From Dicyema japonicum (lineage: Eukaryota; Animalia; Dicyemida): a stretch of 64,000 bases of DNA. Where the stretch lies: contig RDEW01000010.1 of the NCBI GenBank assembly GCA_011109175.1, positions 417,837 to 481,836 of the forward strand, in the 5' to 3' direction. The notes beneath the pieces were generated by a model, which did no database searches, was not told where the DNA came from, and saw nothing but the letters and a program-made list of their open reading frames with translations. Positions 1-13,129 of the stretch are shown piece after piece. Within the stretch, counting starts at the first letter, position 1, and each line of letters opens with the position of its first letter. The translations under genes were made by a program, and so were the position numbers.

Positions 1-420
1 CATCGTCGAATTTGACATTAAATATTTGCTCCGTCGAGCTGAGGAAAGACAAATAAAAGTGCTTAAACTGCTCCAGTTGGGAATAGTACGGGGCTGTCCT
101 GAGTAAATAGGCGATTCTCTGAATGTTAAGACTTCTTTTCATGAGGAATAGTGCTGAGTGTGAGTCAAAAAGCTGTAATCTGTCCAGCGATTCGCATAGG
201 AGTTGTTTTTTGTCAAGGAAGACATGCTTCATCGCATTCCTAGTGATCGGTGATCCAAGAAAAATCAATTCGTTTTCAGGGGTCGAAATCCCACCAGGAA
301 ACAAGGAGTAAAATTTTGGAACAATTGAAGATAAGTCATCGTCAGCAAGACCACAGTTTGTTATTTCACATTTCGTTGTATTCAACTCAAGACCCACCTC
401 AGACAACGCGGGTATGAGTC
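1..420 (-). mobile_element. CRE-like non-LTR retrotransposon relic, RT C-terminal part
   Basis: Minus frame reads PALSEVGLELNTTKCEI...ELIFLGSPI...RIAYLLRTAP, typical of the RT/thumb region of RLE-type (CRE clade) elements; truncated. Confidence 0.7.
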
Positions 421-531
421 AATTGGACAGAATAATTCAAGAATCCACGAAGCCGAGGAATGACAAGTCTCAATGGGTAAAGCGGATCACCAACATTAGT
501 TTCTAAGAAAATATCTTAATAAAAAAGTTAT

Positions 532-870
532 TCAGTTCAACTGTTCACCAAAACATGCGTATTTCTTCAACTTTAGGATCTCACCCTTTTCCGAAGCAGA
601 GCCTGGATTAGTTGACGTCATAACAAGGTTAGAAAGAGAGAGGCTATCCACAGTGGCGTCCCAGGAAAGGTATCTACCGCTTTCCAATGGAAAGAGAGTA
701 GTTCCGTCCGGTCTTCGGTTGGCCGGGTCAAGTCCGAGCGGCTCCAATTGGACAGGAAATCCATCAGCCTCAAGTCCCCATGCAATAACTCCGTTGATTG
801 CGGCGTGTCTTGAACTCCTTCCAGCACTCTTCAGGTAGGATAGAGCGTGAAGACCTTTCGCGTCGACCAT
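532..870 (-). mobile_element. CRE-like element relic, restriction-like endonuclease region
   Basis: GLHALS..GRSSRHAAIN..LEPLGL..RRPDG..WDAT motifs (end of Zn knuckle, RH helix, PD-(D/E)xK). Confidence 0.8.
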
Positions 871-1203
871 TTTGTTAGTTTTTGCATTAACTGCTTTTAT
901 TGGTCGTTCAATTATCTATTTCGCCGATCAAGATGATTTGAAAAAATAAAACTAAACACCCTCATTGAATATGCCACAGTAGAACATAGAGTAGCTTTTT
1001 ATGATACATAAAGATTAAGAGAGTCTGGACGATAGCTTGGGGATTGTACCATATTACCAACCAAACTATATGATAGTCACTCAGTAAGGGAAAGAGGACA
1101 CAAGACAACCAATGAATCCGACAACTTAAATAAAACAGGATTTATTTGGGAAAATATACAAAATAGCATATTTAGTAGAAAAAATATACTCAACAAAGAA
1201 AGA

Positions 1204-2203
1204 TCACGATCCCGTATACTTGATAAACTCCAATGCTACGTCAACATACTCCTAAAAATCAAACAGACATCACCAACCTTTTTCTCTGCCGCACTAAGAG
1301 TCCTCCATCCAAAATGACTCCTCCACAAGGAGGTAAAAGGAAAAGTAGGCAAATGGACATAAAAATACAAACTCAGACCAAATAGCTGGTCAACGTCCAC
1401 CACATTAAAAATCTTTATGGAAAGCAGTTCAGCCAGCATTCTGCTCCTTTCTAACCTCTGATCCTTATTCAGAGCTCCGCGTGGGACTAAAGTAAACAAC
1501 CCAGAAAAACCAATGTGAAAATTCCCGAGGGAAATCATCTTAAAGACCCACTCGGCCTGTTTCAGACTCAGACTGTTTTTTAGCTGCTCACTGGCACGAC
1601 TGAAGGCTACCTTTTCGGCATTGTTGAGTTTCTTAAAGGAATTCATAGAAGATTTAATGGACATCTTAGCAATCAGAATCAAACTACGTTTGGTTTGGTG
1701 GATAAATTGTCTAGAATGAAGAGATTCATCGGTTTGTAGTTAGAAGGCGGTTTGTCGTACTCTTTTTGGAGTTTCCTTATTAAAGATTGAGTATTCTTTT
1801 CAATTATTTTCTTTGGTCGGAACGATACTGGGTAATTCTCAGACATAACTTCATATTCCATCTCCCCTTTTAGGTGGGCCTTTAAGAACTTCTACAAAAT
1901 TATTTTAGCCGTTTTACAAGGTGAATTCCTGGATCGAGTAGATTCCAATCGTTGCGACATCTTTCAGCAAATTCGACGAGGTTTATTGGTTGTAAATCTT
2001 GGATTGCTTAGCGGTAAAACTGCACGGAATACAAGTTTTAGGTCCACAAATTTTTCTGATATACTGACTATAGTACAAAAAGAAGGGGCTCGTGGCAGAC
2101 ATTTTCCACCTGGAATTACTTCTAATATAAAATTTCGTGATTGATGAAATCATACAAATTCTAAAATTAAAACCACTAGTCACATTTACAAAGATTCCAT
2201 CAT
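1204..2203 (-). CDS. Multi-HMG-box protein, TFAM-like (6 short GT-AG introns, in-frame SINE insertion)
   Basis: Spliced product: box 1 (EFAERCRNDWNLLDPGIHLKFLKAH..EYE), linker ..LIRKLQKEYDKPP, box 2 (MNLFI..FKKLNNAEKVAF..KQAEWVFKMISLGNFHIVPR, resembling TFAM [20 protein letters not shown]), and a third HMG-like segment (WRTLSAAEKKEYVDVA). Confidence 0.65.
2064..2119 (-). mobile_element. 3' fragment of SINE family B inside the HMG gene exon
   Basis: Matches 10296-10340; flanked by a 10-bp TSD ttctgatata (2054-2063) / ttctaatata (2120-2129). Confidence 0.8.
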
Positions 2204-2289
2204 TTTTTTAAATTTTTTATAAAAATTTATTTAATTAAATTAAAAATTTTAATTTATTATATATTTCCCGAGCCATCCAAAGTCTGTAA

Positions 2290-2470
2290 TCTCCAATTGT
2301 TCCCACTACCGTAAGAAAGAGCCTTCTCTCATCCTTGCAGAGGAATCCGATAAGGGAACTTTTAACCAATCGGATTTATTTTTCCTTATAAATGGACAGG
2401 CGAAGCGAGTTTCTATTCTCCTCACAGACCCGAAGAAATCCGGATTCCGCGATTTCGGATCGTTTCTTCC
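2290..2470 (-). mobile_element. LINE 3' fragment
   Basis: Reverse-complement homologue of ~17035-17170 (ttgcagaggaatccga...caggcgaagcg...cctcacagac.cgaagaaatccgga). Confidence 0.65.
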
Positions 2471-2829
2471 GTGAGTCGATTAATTAAATTAACTACAGTC
2501 TCGATTTTGAACACCAAGCGTTCCAAAAACAGGTTGATTCAAAAATCGATGTTTTTAACTTAAATGTTGAAAATAATATATAAAAAATTTAACAAATTTT
2601 ATTGTGGCTTATTAACAAAAATGTTAAATTCTACTCCAAAATCCATATTTCTTTCTAAAGTTTAGCTGTAGTTTGTCCTAAACGAATAAAAATTTTTCCA
2701 GAGTGATATCTAAATTGGATTCTTCCAAGTCATTAATTTGTTAAGGGTTCCTTTTACTGTTTTATTTTCTCTTGACTCACCACTATATAATATTTCATCA
2801 TAGTTTTTTCTCGTGTAATAATTTCTCTA

Positions 2830-3500
2830 TAATTTCTGATATCCTTTCATCGTTTTGATTGGAGTAGAATTCTTTGACAGGAAGGTATGAATTTCGAATG
2901 CACCACATACTCTTGTTTTTTTGCATTGTTCCTGATCTCTCTTTCTAATTTACGAATTCTCAATCTTGTTTCCCAGGATTGTTTTTGGAGGCTTTTTAGA
3001 TAATTTCTTTCTTTTATGAGTAGATCGGCTCTGGGGGAAAAATTCTTTTTTGAGGTCAGTGGCCTTCTTTCAATACAAATTTTCATTCCCTCGCGTACCA
3101 CTCTATTAAAATAGTGTAGTGCTTTATCGATGGAGTTGAAATTGGATAAATGAAAGTCGAGTAGATAATAGTCGACAAAAATTTGAGAACTTTTTCCAGT
3201 CGACATTTTTGTAGTCGGTAAATAAAACAGGTTTCTTTACAATTGACACTCTCATTCAACGTAATCATAACGAGATTATGGTCACTGCTCATATAGCACT
3301 GTCCATTTTGTTAATGTTGCGATGTTCGGTGAGGCAAGAGTGAGATCGGGGGACGATGTCCTGTCATTCGCTCTGTAGGAAGTCTTTGTATTGAATGTGG
3401 GTTGTTTAATATTATCAGGTCATCCAGATTTGATAACAATTGGTTTCCTCTGACATCGCATGGTTGGTTCTTGAATGAGCTTCGTGGATACAGGAACGTA
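2830..3500 (-). mobile_element. LINE relic, AP-endonuclease end and linker
   Basis: RGNQL..LIILN, SDHNLVMI motifs; frameshifted. Confidence 0.65.
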
Positions 3501-3569
3501 ATGGGAATCATGGAGGAACATCATAAAATCCTCGCGCGCCTATTGAGGAACAACGTAATCACCTAATTT

Positions 3570-3917
3570 GTTGAATCTGGAAGATCTTTGGTCTGGGACG
3601 CAACTTGCATAGACACGTTCTCAAGCACAAACATTTTTAAATCGGTTCAGACACCTGGAGCAGCTGTTTCGACTGCGGAAAACCTAAAAATCAAGAAATA
3701 TTCTTGCCTCGGGGATCGCTACCGATTTACTCCTGTTGCGACAGAATCATCGGGAGCCGTTGGTCCAATGACGGCTGAATTCTTGCAAGAACTCGGAGGA
3801 TTGCTTGCCAGAAAGAAAAGGGATCAACGAGAAGGGTTATGGCTAAGACAAAAGATAGGAATAGCCATACTCCGAGGGAACTCGTTCACAATCCACGCAG
3901 CAGGCTTCCTCAACTGA
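3570..3917 (+). mobile_element. CRE-like element 3' fragment (RLE C-terminus)
   Basis: VWDATCIDT..KIKKY..FTPVATESSG..WLRQKIGIAILRGN. Confidence 0.85.
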
Positions 3918-4999
3918 CATTTGTTTAATTGTTAAAAAAATTTTTTGTTTAAAAAAAAATTTGTTGAATTAACAAAAAACAAAAATAGTAATTAAGTGGT
4001 CTAAAAATGCAAATCTATTACAATTATTTAAAGATGAGGCCGCTGTTGGAATGCATCGGGATTACATTTAATTAGTTTCGTTTTACAGTCCTCTTGGGTT
4101 GTTGAATAAAATAAATTAAAAAAAACATATGTCAATGACTCGTCTAGAAATAAAACGTAAATACTTCATATTGGGTTTACGAGGAGTATGGGATCAAAAT
4201 ATAGGAATTTGCTCCCCATGAGACATATTAATCACTGATCATAATTTCTAATGCAACCATAGATATTCACTTTTAGCACGTTTGTATCATAAAAATTTCA
4301 TTTGGTTGTCAGAATCTGTCATGAACTTAACTCTACTAATCTTTATCTGATTTGACAATGGAATGATTTTGTCTTTAATATTGAATTTATTCAATTCAGT
4401 AGGATCAAATTGCTTTGAGAAAAATCTTTATTGAGCAAATTTAGTTAATGAGGGCAGCTCTTGTCTGAGTCCGCCTTCGAGTCTTGCAGCACAAAAAACA
4501 CACGACAGACCGTAAACTCTTGGTTGTGACATTCCTGTTAACCACTGGTTTCCTTCACTTAAAAAGACCGGAGATAAATAAATAAAGTAACGAGGCCGGC
4601 TTACAGTACTTCATTTCTTAATTGGTATGGAGTCAGTTCTTAGTTTTCAAGGTATTTGAGAGGGACTTAATTGGGAAGGCTGTTTTGAAGGTCGGTCACC
4701 CTTAAAAATTTTCATTGTCTTCAGTTTGTTAGAAAATGTCAACCATGAATTTAAATACTCTGATTGAAAGTGCATATCCCCCAAAAATTTGTATGTTGTT
4801 CCGCCATATCAGCCATCACTTTTCACCACTGTTTCTTATCCACCAGGTTATTAATGACATAATATGTCACGGTCCGTTGGTGTGCTTATGACGAGTGGTC
4901 CCGAACTGCAACCAAATTTTTTAAAGGTCTTTACAAAAATTAAATTTATTATTTATAGATCTACTAAAAATCTTCTATGTCCTTATTTACCTCAGACAA

Positions 5000-5640
5000 A
5001 CGACAGTGGATATATTTATCAACCAGACGAAAATACCTTTCACGAAGAAACTGAAAATCTTGAGGATCACCTACGACACAAACATGTACTTTTCATCTCA
5101 CGTCGATGGCATCTCTGGAAGCTGCTCAAAAAAGCTAGGGATAATCAAAACTATTTACGGTGGCATTAAAACTCATTTACCAGATTTTAAATTGTTGTAC
5201 AAATAATGCATTGAGCCATCTATCAGCTATGCCTGTCGTCATGGGGAATCAATCTGTCCTGGACGAACAAACAAAGAATCCGGGACATTCAGGCTTAACA
5301 GCCACTACAATTAGTAATCTCGGGAAACTAGAAAAACTAATACCCTCATCACTTGAAGACCTTATCCGACAAAATGGAAAAAGATTTGCTACCCTATGCA
5401 GGCAGTGCAACTCTCAACAATACACAACCACGACGTGTCTTATGAGTAGAGTATACATCAACCCTCCCAATTCCCAATCCCCAAACCACCCCGTCCACAG
5501 AGAAGTTGCGTTGGATACCAGAAGGGGCACAAAACAAGACGTTGTAGGTAGAAGATTGACGCAACAGTTGAAGAGGATGGAACCCTTCCGACACCGTGTT
5601 CTATCTCAATTCCAATCAACCGCTGCAGCCTAATATGCTG
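5000..5640 (+). mobile_element. Jockey/I-group LINE 3' fragment
   Basis: KIPFTKKLKIL.ITYDTNMYFSSHV; same family as 54530-56120; frameshifted. Confidence 0.7.
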
Positions 5641-6139
5641 TTTTTCCATTTTTGTAATAAAAAAGTACTTTTACTTAAAATCTAGATTCCAGATAATTCT
5701 TAATTCCGCATAAATCGTTACTGAAATACAATTTTTACAATAACAATTACCCCTTCTGGTAGAATTACTTTGGGTATATAGCCAATTTCAATAAATTTTT
5801 CTTTTTTTATCAAGAAATAAGAAAATCAAAACGTGATTTTTAGATAACAGTTTTTGAGATTTAGAATTTATATAAATTATTATGTAAAACTTTCAATACC
5901 TCGAGTCTATCATAGAGGCAACTGGAGGCAATTTCAGAAGAGGAAAAAAAAAAGACCCCCGTCCGTATAGAAAATGCGTGGGATCACGGTCGGAGCATCG
6001 AGAAAAGATGGCCCGAATACTGAGAGATGCCGGGATCACCTGAATATTAGTTATTGGTTAAGACGGTGTTTCTTTGGCTTAAATAATAATAATACCTGTT
6101 CAGTAATATCATGTATTATATATATATCGATTTCGTTGA

Positions 6140-7590
6140 CTTGCACAGAAATTCCAGAGCGAATAAAGTTAGTCAGGGATGTGAGGAAGCTCGTTGTAGA
6201 CCGATCCTTTTTGAAACCATGCTGGAATGGTTTATCGGGAGTCCTTTCAGTGATTTTTGCGAGGATAAGCTTTTCCAGAATTTTTGACATGGAGCATAAG
6301 AGAGAAATAGGCCTGAAGGAAGCTGGGACTTCTTTCGGTTTTCCTGGCTTCAATACTGGGCGAATGTTTGAAGTTCCCATATCGTTGGGATTGAGCTATA
6401 ATTAATCGACCAGTTGCAGATTTTGGTCAGGGTACCGATTCCCTCATTTCCTAGGTTTTTGAGGAGGATTATGGGAATTCCGTCTGGACCATGAGAATGT
6501 GCTACTTTTGTTTGACTTAGGGATGCCATTACCTCCTTTTTCGTGAAATAAGTTAATTGATCCCTTTTCGGTTTTCTTAGCCGGTTTAAGTGGGTCAGTC
6601 CTCGTGGTTTTTGTGAGAGATTTTCGCATAGTATTTTATTAGGGCGTTTAGGTCCTTTTGGCTGAATTCGTCATTTCCGGGTGTCCTCTCATCCATCTTC
6701 GAGATATTTCGAATTGTCTTCCAGACTTCGGATGTTGACCGGTTACGATTTAATGACGTAAGGACCATCTTCCATTTAGCACTCTGTATTTTGAATTCAT
6801 TGGCTTTTATTTCCTTGTTCAGCATTTTTAGACAGATCTTTGCTTCGGAGGAACGGATCCCCGTTCCTTGACCAGAGCCTTCCTTCCGTATTCTCTCGTG
6901 TAAACAATATATCTTTTAGGGACAGCCATTGTTCTTTTTCCAGAATGACATTGTTGACGTAGACAACCACTATATCAAGGGAGGTAAAGTTTTCCAGCTG
7001 TATATTAGCCAAATGTTGGTCGTAACTGATCGGAATAATTGCCAATTTGCAAGATTGTATATATATGCAGGTTTTTCTTTCCACCGTTAATTTCGTTTTT
7101 GATTTTTAGCAGAATAGGGTTATGATCTTCGGGTGTCGTAAATGGCGGACCAATTAATCGTCGTTGAAAGCTGTGGTAAACAGAGTGTGATATCTGAGGA
7201 GGTTGGATTGTCTAGGTTCTTTTGAGGTGTTCTTGTGTTTTTTGATGGGTCAGATTGCCAGACTGTGTCAACAGCAAATTTTCTGCTGTATCTGCAGACT
7301 GATTTAACAGCCAGGGAGGGTGTTTGGCATTCAAATCGCCGCCTATCACAACTACGTTCCAAATCTCCAGTGCTGATAAGTCCGGCATAGTGTAATGTTT
7401 CGGACATGAGCCCGGAGGCGGAATATACATGTTTACAAAATATAGTCTTCCTTTTGTTGTGCCATAGATATTCCGATTGTCTCCGTGGTTTCATCACTCC
7501 CAAAAGTTTCTTCCTTCGAGTGTATGGTCCTCATACTTTAGGCCTTTTTTGATTAATGTAAGTAGTCCTCCTCCACGGCACGTATATTAG
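6140..7590 (-). mobile_element. Jockey/I-group LINE relic (endonuclease + N-terminal RT)
   Basis: YIPP, GGDLNAKHPPW (APE); IRPVLKPGKP..SFRPISLLCSMSKILEK..FQHGF (RT). Confidence 0.85.
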
Positions 7591-7989
7591 CTATAGCTTC
7601 TCCAAGCAGGACACATTCTACAATAAATGCATGTAAAACACAAAAAAGCTTATTTTAATAAACTATTTTTGTTATTAATAAACAATTAATTCTAAGAAAT
7701 TATAAGTTAGGGAGCTTGAATGGTCATGCTGTTTCCGCTGACGATAGCTATCGATATATGCTTTTGAAACCACGAGGGTAAGAAGGAGGCATTTGACTGA
7801 ACTCTTGGGATCCTCAGCAAGTCTGCAAACAGAATATCGAGAGTGTATATCAAATTCTATCTTAAATGTAGGAACGGAGTTTCCACAGAAAAATGCATGG
7901 CTCGAAACTGTGAGATGAATTTTTTCCGCGCTTGACAAACACTTGGGAAACCTAAACTCTACTGCAGCCAGCATCATCAAGACGTGTCA

Positions 7990-9720
7990 GCCTTACTGAA
8001 TCTGCAGAAGGATTTAAGGATCAGATTCGAAAATACTATGGATCCGCAAGCTGTTTCCATACTGTAACAAGAACAAAAGAAAATCGAGAGGAAAATGAAA
8101 CTACATCAACCATCCAGTTGGAAAACAAGATTAAAGAGATCGAACATTTTAAAAACAACGGTGAAGCATTTCTAGTGATACGACTAATTTGGAGAAAGGA
8201 CCAATCAGGGAAGCCTCTTTTGCACGACAGAAATAGAAAAACAATATGAAAATGACTTTGAAAAGCTGTTCTTTGTGAAAGAAGAGAAATCGGATCTCAT
8301 GGTAAAAGACTCCAAACTAGAACCGATCATCTTACTGGAGGAGGTTACCAAAGCGATAAAGACGCTCAAATTTGGTCGCTCCTGGACCAGACAAAATATC
8401 CTCAAAATTGTTTAAATTTGTCCCAGCAGAACTTGTAGATAAACTCTCAAGATTGCTGAATGATATAATAGCAAATAAGGAATTTTCAAAGCTATGAAAG
8501 GGCTACAATATCAGTCCAGAAAAGAAGTAGAACCCCCGATCTGGTTGAAAACTTGGGCCCTGACATCTTTATAAACACCCGTCTGAAGATACTTGTCCTG
8601 ATCGTACTTAATCGGATACAAGAACTAGTGGACGGTTACTTTGCCCAAGCCAAATTGGTTTCAAAACTGAGAGATCACAGCGTGTAGTATGGTGCTATAG
8701 GTGGAATTGTGTTATTCAGCAAAGATTCCGAAGTTCAAAGACTATTCTTGAGATTGATCTTACCAGAGCTTTCAACACTGTCCGTCGATAAACTCATTGA
8801 AGTGCTGGAAAGTTTCCGGGATCAGGACGGTCATTTTAATACGGATACTCCTATCAAACAAGGTGTTGCGAGTGCCTATTGGAAACTGTATGTCACGAGA
8901 AATCATGACAACAGTGGACATACCTAAAGGAGATTCCCTCTCTGCAGTATTGTTCGCTTTATACCTGAATCGGCACTACGAGATCTCCGGAAGTAAATGT
9001 TTACCCCGATTATGTTGACTTTGTCTCAAGTAACAAAAAACATTTCTAAGTCTCTTTGAGGTAACACCAGACCACCTGACCGAATGGCCTCTATCAATGA
9101 ACACTTCAAAAACGGGTATTGTCGAGATCAAGCTGATGGAAGCACGCAGTTCTAAAAGCTGGAGGAAGACCATAAAGCTTGTCTCCCTTCTGGGGGACTC
9201 CGAAGACTGCGAGAAAAAAATTGTTATCTACAGTGACCATGTAAAAGCTTATGAAAGATGGATCCAAAGACGTCTACCAATGTAACTCTGTTGTATGAGG
9301 CTTCCATGAAACCAATCCTTACGTATAACTCCGGCACATGAGGAATCTCTAAAACCAATGGACAAACGTTCGACTAATTTCATAAAAAACAAATTAGGTC
9401 TCTCTTGGGACTTAAGTCACCAATGCGTATAAGGAATGAAAAATTGTACAAAAGATTCTCCTCTGTACCTCTGAGTCCCCTGGTCTGGAATCTGTTTGGT
9501 CATATTCTAAGAATGGAGCGAGACATGCCAGTAAAAAGCATCATGGAAGAATTCTTCGAAACATCTGGGGAAAAGTTTCGAGGTTCCCGAAGTCCACCAG
9601 AATGGTGACCTGGCACCAGTGAACAGAAAATTAAGGGGCGATGAAGACCTCAGTAGTCTCAGAGTCTGTCATCGAACAGGAGATGGTAGGAGAGACTAGT
9701 ATACAGACGTGACATGAATA
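7990..9720 (+). mobile_element. Degraded RTE-clade LINE
   Basis: IDL.RAF.T, PKGDSLSAVLF, KL.SLLGD, LFGHILRM motifs across frameshifts; homologous to 17862-20810. Confidence 0.85.
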
Positions 9721-10285
9721 GAATTATAGCTTATAATAAACCTGGACATAATGACTGGTTCATAAAGTCAAGTCGCTGCTTTGATATTCACCAGGTATGC
9801 GACAGAATGTACCTTAAAACTTCAAGAGTTATGATGTTTCTATCTGATATCTACAAGAAAACATGATTGAAACAAGTCTGGACGAGAACCACGGAAAATA
9901 TTGACTAATGTTTACCCAGAGATTCAAAAAAATGATGGACTCGGATTTTTTGTCATTCAAGATTGGTCCCTGGAGTACACCGAATAAAGCGCGTGTGCTA
10001 TGTAAATACATCTCTACATCTATTGTCCCCTAAAGTTAGCTTAGAAATGTTTATGCGCCACAGTGTGTAAGGTTACGACCTGGACTCTACTAGATCACTG
10101 GCTAACGATCGAGAATGTCGGAGAGACTGAAATTTAAGATTTATCCGCGACTACGCATGTGAAACTATAAGTAAAATAAAAAAACAGCATTTTCCACGAG
10201 AACGGTGATACTTATAGCTCCGCACAGGAAAACATAAACTTTATTAAAGCATGTTGACTAATCGAGGGAATATTCCCATAAATTT

Positions 10286-10475
10286 TGACTATAGTGACTA
10301 TAGTACAAAAAGAAGGGGTTCGTGGTGGACATTTTCCATCTGCTCATTTGGGTCACTCGTCTAACCCAAGGCACCATAGTACGTGGAACTATCAGTCGGA
10401 ATGTACATCAGCAAGATTCGAACCAGGAACTATCCTGATATCGGTCGGAGCTTGTGACACTTTGTCATCTGGTCA
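10286..10475 (-). mobile_element. tRNA-derived SINE, family B
   Basis: Minus strand: A-box-like TGACAAAGTGTC, B box GGTTCGAATC, core shared with family A, tail (ctatagtca)2. Confidence 0.7.
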
Positions 10476-10563
10476 TAAGTACTATAGTTCACATAAAGGT
10501 TGCTTAACACAAAACCAGGTGTCGTATTAAAAAATATTTTTATCTATTTTTTTAGACTGAATA

Positions 10564-12204
10564 CAGTCCGACCCCAAAATGGGGCAGATTCAGGAGTGGG
10601 GCACCCTCGGATTTTGGGGCACCTTTTTTTAACTCAACATTTTGGCAAAATAAATGAAAAATCAATAAAAAATTATGGAAATTTTGGGGCATCGAAAAAT
10701 CATTTATTAACAATTTTTAAGATAATAAAATTATAATAAATTAATTATTTTTCGTTTTATTTACATTTTTGTTGTGGTTATGGATTACGAAACTATACTG
10801 AAAATTGCTAAAGAAATTATGAGGAACAATTTATCTGAAAGGCAATTAATCACAAAGTACATGACAAGTAAAGGAACTATTTCAAGAATCAAACGAAATA
10901 TTGTATCTTTCTTACACCGAGAAAATACTAGTTCTGAGTTTTATGGGCATTTAAAGCTGATAAAAAAATTGATGATCAAGTCTTTGAAGTATTTCAAAAA
11001 CTTCGGGTGGATAAAATTCCATTTCAGGCTTTATTTTGAAAAAAATCGCCTTAAATTGAATTTACTTCTTTTAAAGCCTCCAATGGATGGCTTAGATTTA
11101 AATTTCGACATGAGCTTCAATTCAATATGTGGAGAAAAGGCCTCATGCGATTTATCTCACGTTAAAGATTATTTTGAAAAATTTGACGAAAAGTATTAAA
11201 ATATGGACCTCAAAATGTATTTAATTGCGATGAAACCGCGCTTTTTATAAAATGAACTCTCCAAAAATCATTTGTCGAAAAAGGCAAACAGTGTTTTGGC
11301 TATAAACAAGGAAAAGAAAGACTCACTGTTCTTCTATGCTGCAGTTTAATTGGAGATAAACTTGACTTGAAAGTATAAACAACCTCGGTGCCTAAAAATT
11401 TTGATGTCCAAGATTTTGGGTTATTGTATTCGTCTTCAAAAATGCATGGATGACTGGAAAGACTTTTGTGAGTTGGCTTACACTAATAAATGAATTGTAT
11501 CGCAAAAACAACAGAAACATATTATTATTGTTCGACAATGCTGGATGCCATAAAACTTTTGAATGTTCAAATATCGAATTTTTATTTTTACCGAAAAATA
11601 CAACGCCCTATTTACAACCATTGGATATCGGAATAATCAAGGCCTTTGAGAATTATTATTCAAATTTCTTATGGAATTTTTGTGTTTTCACGATGTCGAA
11701 AACGATTTTGCACATTTATTGCAAAATTAAACTTGCGTCATGTCATGATGCTAATTTCGAAAGGTTGGGAGAAAATAGATGCGGCATGTATTGTTAATTG
11801 TTGGAAGAGAATCGACAGGAACCGTGATTCTTATGCGACAGACTGTCTAACAGATCAACTTCTAAATCATGTTATAGACGAAACAATTGATGTAGAGTTC
11901 GAAGAGTTTGAAAATAATATCTATAGGGGATATACTGAAACGGAGAATATTGAAAATGTCGTAGAGGAAACAAAGGATCTGCTAAACAATTTGGAAGAAA
12001 AAATTTCACGTGGCACCAAAAATGCTGCGAGACTTCTATGATTTCCGGCTAAAATTAACAAATAATATACGACAAAACTCTAAAACTAAATTAACTGATT
12101 ATTTTGGCAAAAATGTTATTTGATGTTAATTATTGATTCAATTTCAGAAATAATAATAAACCCCTGTTTTTGGGGCACTGGTGCCCCATTTAGGGGTCGG
12201 ACTG
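10564..12204 (+). mobile_element. Tigger/pogo (Tc1-mariner) DNA transposon, frameshifted DDE_1 transposase
   Basis: TIRs CAGTCCGACCCC(A/T)AAATGGGGCA, TA at both flanks; FNCDET, FDNAGCH, LQPLD motifs (DD29D). Confidence 0.92.
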
Positions 12205-13129
12205 TACTTAATGGACTTTTAATACCCTTTTGAGTGTTATTGGAATATTCTTAATATTACATCTGAGTGAATTATAAGCATTTATAAATCAAAGCACATT
12301 TCTTTCTAAATTGCCAATAAATTTGACATAGACAATTTTAAAGTGGTTTCGAAATTACAGAGCAGTCAGTAGTTGTGTTAACTGTTAGTTCTTACCATTC
12401 ACTATTTTTAATCAAAATATTTGCATTTTACGCTTTATTGATTAATGAGAATTGTGCTGACGAAATGCGCTTCCTTGGCATTGAATTATCGTTACTCTTC
12501 AATTTACTAATTTTATCAATTCTTTTAGATATATTGATATTTACTCATTTGTGACATTAAGAACTTACGAGAATTAATAACTAATAATTCCCTTCTTGTC
12601 CAATGCAGACGGTTATATTCAAGTCACCAATTTTGGACAGATAGTATCTGAGACATCGAGTCCTATAATTTTGACCAGAAGGATTCTTTCTTCTGGATTC
12701 AGATTTCATCTACTGAATTTCATATTATTCAACTAACTGAGGAATTTTAAATTTATTCAAAGGATAGATTTATAACTTATATGACAGTTTTTCTGGGCAA
12801 GTCTAAACATGATGTATCACATAAAAATAAAATTATAACCCACTAATCGGGAATTCATTATTGAACCACAGAAAACCATTAAATAATTAAATTTATTGAG
12901 GAGAGTGATCATTCGCCAATAAACGATGGTGGATTCTATGTTCCAAAATTTTCAGCGTTTTCCTGAGCCCAAGACGTCCGCCACGAGGAAATTAATATTA
13001 TTTTAAATATATTTAATCATTGGATAACAAATTCAAAGAATTTTAAAATAAAATATTGTCACGTTCTTGTACATGGTTTAGTTTCTGTTGATAGCTAAAT
13101 TCGCCAGAATTTCTGGACTCTAGTGTTGA

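Noticed and set aside
12230-13020. Possible additional host gene in unexplained AT-rich DNA (also 41400-41900, 45080-45400)
   Set aside because: I could not build a consistent spliced frame or recognise a domain; left unannotated.
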